From sequence record NC_027364.1: a stretch of 64,000 nucleotides of DNA; one strand, written 5' to 3'. Position numbers and translations under genes: made by a program. Positions 58,073-64,000 of this stretch are shown here, piece after piece (the first letter of the stretch is position 1; each line of letters begins with the position of its first letter). The notes beneath the pieces were generated by a model. The model saw only the letters and a program-made list of their open reading frames with translations. It was not told the origin of the DNA and did no database searches.

Positions 58073-60220
58073 TTAGAAAACATCGTCAAGGGTTGCATAT
58101 TCAACAGTACTGAAACCGTCCTCTTTAACAACTTTGAGGATTTTTTCAGTCTTAGATAGTAACTCTTCTCTGTGGGAAATAGCATAAACGTTCTTACCAC
58201 GTACAGCAGCCATATCTTGGAAGATAGACCACACACGTAGAACACCACTTGAGTCAAGACCTTGGTCAATCATCTCATCAATGATAAGAATATTAATACT
58301 TTGGTATAATGACTCATATGTATCACGGAAAGCACAAGATAATGCGATGTTTACCCTTGTACGCTCACCTCTACTAAGCTGTTTATAGTCAAAGTACTGT
58401 CCACTCTTCTCAATTTCAACACTCAAATCATTCAAAAACACAACATTATGCTCAGAACCGCACATATCGATATAGTACTGAAGTCGTGTATTCAAATATG
58501 ATATATTTTGCTCAATAATACGTTTACGGACATAAGAATCCTTGTTTAAAAGTAATTTAACCAAGAAATCTTGGTGATTTGACATTTTATCAAGATTATT
58601 ATAGTCGCTATAATCAATTGGTACTAAAGAATCAGTCTTCAGGGTATTAATTTGGCTAATAAATGTGTTAGTAGTCTTCAATTCACGATCTAATTGCTGT
58701 GATAATGAATTTACAGTCATTTCTAACTCTTTAACTTCATATTTGTTTAATGTATCTGGAACTTCCATTAGTTCATATGAGTTAAGTTCATCATATGATG
58801 ACATAAGTTCATTTGCATAGATGTTTATTTGTTCTTCTTCACTCTTTCTGACCAATTCTTGAAGCTTATGTTCATGCATTTGTGCTTCTGAAAGTGTATT
58901 ATAATATGTCACAGGCTTAGGTGGCATATCAAAAATCTCAATACTATCAATTTCTTGAAGTAATGTTTCAATTTCAGAAGAAGAACTATCAATTTTAGCT
59001 TGAAGATCATTAATAGTACTTTGGATTTTGTCTTTAATTGAAGAAGTATGTTCGTTATGTTCCAATTCAGACATACAAAGTGGACATTTGCTGTTTTCAA
59101 CTGTTGATAATTTGTCAATTTCAGCATTAATTGAACATTCATATCCTTTTAAAGCTATTTTTAGTGAGTTTAGTTTTTGTTCTTTGAAACGTTTTTGGTT
59201 ATTATTCTCTTTTAGAATACCCTCTAACTGTTTCCATATCTCCAACTCATTATGATTTTCCAATTCTGCACTAATATCAATAGTTTTTAGCTTATCAATG
59301 CTTAGATTTAATGCTCTTTTAGATCTTTCAAGTTCACGGTCATATGCATCAAATTTTAAAGCCAACTCTTGTACACGGCGTTCGATTTCACCACGCTTTG
59401 CGTTATGAATAAGAGCTTTCTCTTTTATGTCCGCAGCTTCATAGAGGTCATTAAAGTCTAAAGTTTTATATATATTCAACTCTTCATTTAACTTAGATAC
59501 TCTATTATTTTTATCAATTTCAAACTGGTTTGCCTGTTCTTGTAGTGCCTCAATACTTTTTTGAATACGTTCATTACTTGCAGCTACAGTTTCATTTTTG
59601 AACTTTTCTTGTTCGGCTAAACGTTTAGTATCCTTATACATCTCCTTTAGCATTTCAGCTTTTTCCGTCAACTGTGTTATTCCAAGAAGTTCTTCTATCA
59701 TATCACGTTGTTTTTGTGTGGATAAAGCTAAGAAAGGTTCAACGTTAGCATTCAGTACTACAATATGTTCAAATAATAATTGAGATATACCAAGAATTTC
59801 ATTCAAATCTTCTTGTGTGTCTTTCTTTTCTCCCCTTGATTCATCTTCAATTTTATTATCTTTCCCTAAAGTAACAAAATTGAAATACGTGGGACTTCTC
59901 CCACGTTCAACCAGATATTGTACACCATCTTTTTCAAACTCTACAACTACTTCACAATTTTTTCCATTAGTTTTATTGACTAGGTTAGGAATTTTAATAT
60001 CGTTACCAATACTTTTACCAAATAATCCAAAAACTAATCCTTGAATAATAGCACTTTTCCCTACACCATTTCGACGTCCGGTACTGTCACCACCTTCAAT
60101 AACTGCATCATTATTTTGACCCAGTACTAATGAAATGTCGGAACCATTCAAGTCAATTGATTGTGGTGCATTACCAAATGAAAAGAAGTTCCTCATAGAT
60201 ATACGTGTAATGTTTAGCAT
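58073..60220 (-). CDS. gp46: Rad50/SbcC-like recombination ATPase (gp46)
   Basis: NFFSFGN, RNGVGKS, CPLC zinc hook, LSRGE, IIDEMIDQGLD, ISH. Confidence 0.93.
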   Translation of the reverse strand: MLNITRISMRNFFSFGNAPQSIDLNGSDISLVLGQNNDAVIEGGDSTGRRNGVGKSAIIQGLVFGLFGKSIGNDIKIPNLVNKTNGKNCEVVVEFEKDGVQYLVERGRSPTYFNFVTLGKDNKIEDESRGEKKDTQEDLNEILGISQLLFEHIVVLNANVEPFLALSTQKQRDMIEELLGITQLTEKAEMLKEMYKDTKRLAEQEKFKNETVAASNERIQKSIEALQEQANQFEIDKNNRVSKLNEELNIYKTLDFNDLYEAADIKEKALIHNAKRGEIERRVQELALKFDAYDRELERSKRALNLSIDKLKTIDISAELENHNELEIWKQLEGILKENNNQKRFKEQKLNSLKIALKGYECSINAEIDKLSTVENSKCPLCMSELEHNEHTSSIKDKIQSTINDLQAKIDSSSSEIETLLQEIDSIEIFDMPPKPVTYYNTLSEAQMHEHKLQELVRKSEEEQINIYANELMSSYDELNSYELMEVPDTLNKYEVKELEMTVNSLSQQLDRELKTTNTFISQINTLKTDSLVPIDYSDYNNLDKMSNHQDFLVKLLLNKDSYVRKRIIEQNISYLNTRLQYYIDMCGSEHNVVFLNDLSVEIEKSGQYFDYKQLSRGERTRVNIALSCAFRDTYESLYQSINILIIDEMIDQGLDSSGVLRVWSIFQDMAAVRGKNVYAISHREELLSKTEKILKVVKEDGFSTVEYATLDDVF

Positions 60221-60228
60221 ATAGTCCC

Positions 60229-61278
60229 TTATAACGATCTGTAAATTTGGATTAGAAGATTTTTATCAAACATTGGTGAATCAATTTCCATAATTTGCTG
60301 CAAAACTATCTCATCAACTGATTCAGTACTTTCAAAACTAACACCATCTTCGATTAATTCTGAAATACTTTGCTTGCTTGTCACAACATTAAACTCTCTA
60401 ATGTTATAAAGTTTAGTAAATGTATCACGAATAAAACTAATCTCATCAGTTGTTATTGATATATCAACTTGAACTTTTGATATTGTGTTATCTTGTAGAT
60501 AATAGCTTGGATCAGTCAACAATTCAGAAAGTGTGAATGTTCTATATTTTGGTGCATTATCCCATGACTTGAAAATAGGTTCTTTGCCATGTTCAAGAAT
60601 CATCACACCTCTTGCATCATCCCATGTATCGGAAAAATTATGTGGAAAACAATTACCAGTATAAACTACACGAGTTCCTTTTGAAGTTGTTTTTGACTGT
60701 CGTTTATGAAAATGTCCACTAAAAACATACTCACATCCACCAAAAGAACCTTCTGTTTCTTTTCCATGATCAGGCATTTCTACCATCTTGTTAAGCAAGT
60801 AACCTGGTAACTCTAAGTGACCAAAAACATACTTACTTTTTAGTTGAGGTAACAACTTATATTCATCTTCAATCATAAATGGAATGAAAGTACAATCATC
60901 AAAGGTTGTAATTTCATTAATGAATTCTATATTTTCATAAACTTGAGCCATATTGATACTTGTTATATCACGTTTGTTTTTATGATACATATCATGGTTG
61001 CCGACTAAAAAATATACTTTTTCAAAATTATCATTTAATAATTGAAGAATTTGTAAACCATAGTTTAGTGTTTGAATATTGATATTACTTCTATTATGAA
61101 AATAATCTCCCATAAAAACACAAACTTTGATATTATTTTTTTTAGCTACATCAATCATGAATTTAATGAAGTTTAAACAATCTTCATTGTGTTGCTTGCT
61201 GTTATTCTTTAAACCTAAGTGAATATCAGTGAATGTAATTGCTTTATCAAACAGAGCCATCTTCATTTTTCCTTTCAA
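60229..61278 (-). CDS. gp47: Mre11/SbcD-like nuclease (gp47)
   Basis: TDIHLG, MGDYFH, VGNHD, FGHLE, FSGHFH; real start probably MALFD. Confidence 0.93.
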   Translation of the reverse strand: MKGKMKMALFDKAITFTDIHLGLKNNSKQHNEDCLNFIKFMIDVAKKNNIKVCVFMGDYFHNRSNINIQTLNYGLQILQLLNDNFEKVYFLVGNHDMYHKNKRDITSINMAQVYENIEFINEITTFDDCTFIPFMIEDEYKLLPQLKSKYVFGHLELPGYLLNKMVEMPDHGKETEGSFGGCEYVFSGHFHKRQSKTTSKGTRVVYTGNCFPHNFSDTWDDARGVMILEHGKEPIFKSWDNAPKYRTFTLSELLTDPSYYLQDNTISKVQVDISITTDEISFIRDTFTKLYNIREFNVVTSKQSISELIEDGVSFESTESVDEIVLQQIMEIDSPMFDKNLLIQIYRSL

Positions 61279-62086
61279 TCATGTTCAATTCAATTTCAAT
61301 TTGACGTGTATGTGATGGCGTAAAGCCATGCATTTCAAGTAAATCATCACGTATATTTCGAACATTTTTCTCACTATTCAATATAGAACGAAAACTATTG
61401 TTTACGAATGATGTATAGTAAGAGAAAGGATTTAGCTGAACTGCTGGTTTATCTTTTTTATAAAGAATGCTCTCTTTAAAGAGAAGTGCGTTTTTAACTA
61501 ATTGTATTCTTGCATCACCCATCATTTCATCTAAGTATGTATAGTTTCTGTAATTAGATTTATGAGAGATTTCCTCAGCAAGTTTAATGAACATCTTCCC
61601 TAGTTCATTTGTAATTTTACCATGAACAGTACTGAATTCACCAGTTTCAAGATCTCCTTTCCAATGAGAACGACATACTTCATAGAGAATTCCTTCATTA
61701 TCTACAATGTAATGCTTGAATGGTTCAAAGTTAACTCTAGTGTCGGGTGGAATATGTTCATCTGTAATAACACGAATAACAACTTCATCAATTGGAACGT
61801 CAGTGATAACTAAATTGTGTTCATCTGCATATTCTTTAGCTTTTTTAGCACTCATATTTTCCTTTTCACGAATACTATCAAGCATTTCATTGTTCAGTCG
61901 TTTAATTCGTGCTGCCTTAGCTTTTTCTAGTAACTCAGCAGTAATTTCTGACTCATGAAAAACAATATAATCATACATACTATATGATTTGTCTAATAAC
62001 CAGCAATATGAAATTTTACTTTTTTGTATTTCACGAAGTAAATCAGCATTATTGAGATACTTTTTACGCTTTGGTCTATTTGTCAT
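61247..62086 (-). CDS. gp55: late-transcription sigma factor (gp55-like) with insertion
   Basis: YLNNADLL, ELGKMFIKLAE, NYRNYTYLDEMMGDA, NPFSYYT...NSF. Confidence 0.85.
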   Translation of the reverse strand: MTNRPKRKKYLNNADLLREIQKSKISYCWLLDKSYSMYDYIVFHESEITAELLEKAKAARIKRLNNEMLDSIREKENMSAKKAKEYADEHNLVITDVPIDEVVIRVITDEHIPPDTRVNFEPFKHYIVDNEGILYEVCRSHWKGDLETGEFSTVHGKITNELGKMFIKLAEEISHKSNYRNYTYLDEMMGDARIQLVKNALLFKESILYKKDKPAVQLNPFSYYTSFVNNSFRSILNSEKNVRNIRDDLLEMHGFTPSHTRQIEIELNMIERKNEDGSV

Positions 62087-62143
62087 TGTATTTTACTCTC
62101 CATGTTTAAATCCAATAGGTACAATCCTTGTACCATCAATGTT

Positions 62144-62172
62144 ATTATAGCACCAAAAAGCAGTTTGTCCCA
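62144..62172 (-). promoter_or_regulatory. TGRGAC-class promoter for gp55-gp47-gp46
   Basis: TGGGAC aaactgctttttggtgc TATAAT; back-to-back with a + strand TATAAATA at 62175-62182. Confidence 0.85.
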
Positions 62173-62217
62173 CGTATAAATACATCAAATGTTCCCTTAT
62201 TATGGAGAATCAAAAAG

Positions 62218-62949
62218 ATGATTGATCGTAGAATTCGATTACGACCTAAAGCCGCAGGTGCTAACTATGTATATGGTGATTTTGGAGATAGCTCCGAACC
62301 AACTCTACTTTCGTTTCTGCGTCCAACTAATGGGTTGGTTTGGACTGTAACACCAACAATTACTGAACAAAGGTCAATTCAGTATGAAACACAGTCTCCT
62401 ATACATACCAACAGTAACTATAACAACTATAAGAACACTACTAATACAGTTTTCACTATTCAGGGTGAATTTTATGCAAATACAGCAGCAGAAGCTATGT
62501 ATGCGTTGGCATGTGTTCATTTTATACGTTCTGTTTCATTGATGGATTTTGGTAGACAAGCTGCTTCGGCTAATAACCCCGAACTCGCAATTGCGGGTGC
62601 ACCACCACCAATCTTACTTCTAAGTGGATATGGTCGTTATACATATAATGATATTCCTGTTATTTTAAAATCTTATAATTTTACTTACCCAAATGATGTT
62701 TCTTATATTCAAGTTCCATTGAATAGTAGCGATAGTACTTTTAATTTATCCGACATGGATAGTAGAAAATTCTTCGAACAACTTAGAAGTACTGGATATA
62801 TGAACCCACAAGATGAAGTTTGGGTTCCACAAAAAATCTCAGTTATGTTACAACTTGAAGAACAACCAACATCGGATTATATGACTAAAACGTTCAACCT
62901 CAATGCATTCAAACGTGGTGAACTATTACGTAAAGGAGGATTCATTTAA
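62218..62949 (+). CDS. baseplate/tail-tube-initiator-like protein (start revised to MIDRR)
   Basis: GAPPPILLLSGYG..IPVILKSYNFTY motif of tube-initiator-like proteins; late promoter upstream; the track start overlaps promoters. Confidence 0.55.
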   Translation: MIDRRIRLRPKAAGANYVYGDFGDSSEPTLLSFLRPTNGLVWTVTPTITEQRSIQYETQSPIHTNSNYNNYKNTTNTVFTIQGEFYANTAAEAMYALACVHFIRSVSLMDFGRQAASANNPELAIAGAPPPILLLSGYGRYTYNDIPVILKSYNFTYPNDVSYIQVPLNSSDSTFNLSDMDSRKFFEQLRSTGYMNPQDEVWVPQKISVMLQLEEQPTSDYMTKTFNLNAFKRGELLRKGGFI

Positions 62950-63263
62950 TGTCCAACTATAGTCAATACTCACCTTACGCTAAGGTGAAACAAACATGGT
63001 ATCTTGGGTATAATTTACCACGTGATATTGTTCCGGCTGATACTGATGATTTTTATGAGATCCCATTGAAATATGAATATCAACCTTGGCGTTTAGCATA
63101 CGAAATGTATGGTAATGAACGCTTATATTATATTTTCGCATTGTTAAATCCAGACATACTAGGAGAAGATCCTATATATAATTTTAAAAGTGGAGTAACA
63201 ATTAGAATACCAGCAAATCAAAGAGTACAGAATTATCTTAATGGTACTCGAAACATAGGCTAA
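62949..63263 (+). CDS. baseplate wedge protein (gp53-like, LysM fold)
   Basis: PWRLAYEMYGNERLYYIFALLNP...G..IRIP. Confidence 0.75.
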   Translation: MSNYSQYSPYAKVKQTWYLGYNLPRDIVPADTDDFYEIPLKYEYQPWRLAYEMYGNERLYYIFALLNPDILGEDPIYNFKSGVTIRIPANQRVQNYLNGTRNIG

Positions 63264-63274
63264 TGGAGTAACGT

Positions 63275-64000
63275 ATGGCAGATTTACGAAGTACAGTTGA
63301 TAATTTTCAAAATGATATTACAAGTATTACTGGTAAGGCTAAAACCACCACATCTAATGCACTTGATAGTTTGAAAGCTACAGCAAATACATTACAAAAT
63401 GATGTAAAAACTATTACAAAAAATAATTACAAAGCAAATGTAAGTAATGTAGTATCATTACCAAAACAAAGTGCTAGTGTTGATCAAGTTTATGAAGATC
63501 TCGATTTAAGTCAGTTTGTAATACCGTATGACAATAAATTATTGAAATATGATAACCCAACTTGGCACTTTTGTTTATTTGCCTTAGATAAAGATGATTT
63601 TAAAAACTTTTGGCTTTACCCAGATGCAGAAGTGCAACGACATGTGATATCAGAAAGTGGTGTTACTGGCAAATATAATATCACTAGTGTACAAATGACA
63701 CAAGCTGGACCTTCAACACCAGGAATGACAACAAACTATTGTTTTAATACAGCAGTACTTAATATGTCTGAAAATAATAGTATGAGTCTATATGATGAAT
63801 TAATTTCGTTAAGTAACAAACTTAGATATCATAAATTTATGGACTTGCCATTGATCTTGGAATTAAAGTTTATTGGCTTTAATAAAAATGGAATACCTGA
63901 AATTATCCCAGAAACAACAAGACGCTGGTCAGTTAAAATTAATAGTGTTACTGCAAGTGCTTCACAAAGTGGTAGTACTATGATGTATACTATGAACTTA
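63275..64000 (+). CDS. probable baseplate hub protein, truncated at window end
   Basis: GGAG RBS; open from ATG 63275 (MADLRSTVDNF...) to base 64000; follows gp53-like gene. Confidence 0.6.
   Translation, partial: MADLRSTVDNFQNDITSITGKAKTTTSNALDSLKATANTLQNDVKTITKNNYKANVSNVVSLPKQSASVDQVYEDLDLSQFVIPYDNKLLKYDNPTWHFCLFALDKDDFKNFWLYPDAEVQRHVISESGVTGKYNITSVQMTQAGPSTPGMTTNYCFNTAVLNMSENNSMSLYDELISLSNKLRYHKFMDLPLILELKFIGFNKNGIPEIIPETTRRWSVKINSVTASASQSGSTMMYTMNL

Overview
AT-rich 64 kb segment of a large lytic T4-like (Tevenvirinae-related) jumbo myophage. The gene set and order resemble the RAK2/GAP32/PBECO4/121Q/BF group of enterobacterial jumbo phages (recognised from memory, not by search). It holds the core replication and recombination genes (B-family polymerase, clamp, gp41 helicase, primase, gp32, UvsX/Y/W, gp46/47, endonuclease VII, Dda, two RNase H types), nucleotide metabolism (nrdA, nrdB, DHFR, MazG-like), head morphogenesis (portal, protease, scaffold, major capsid, large terminase), tail and baseplate genes, a gp55-like late sigma factor, and host-takeover genes (IF3, ClpS-like, GroES). 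Most genes are on the minus strand. No tRNA, CRISPR array, integrase, intron or intein was found. Highlights read directly from the sequence: (1) a gene-free, hairpin-rich element of about 460 nt at 57.0-57.45 kb with its own promoter and terminator (candidate ncRNA or R-loop origin); (2) a promoter class TGRGAC-N17-TATAAT found 10 times, mostly upstream of replication genes; (3) a 55-aa Hfq/Sm-like ORF missed by the ORF track; (4) a catalytically dead terminase-ATPase paralogue overlapping terL; (5) a 212-aa mini-DnaE that keeps its catalytic aspartates; (6) an endonuclease VII with no zinc cysteines; (7) a tandem pair of holin-T-like genes, one frameshifted; (8) late promoters placed inside RBS-sequestering hairpins. 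All protein assignments come from motif recognition by eye and need HMM or structure confirmation.
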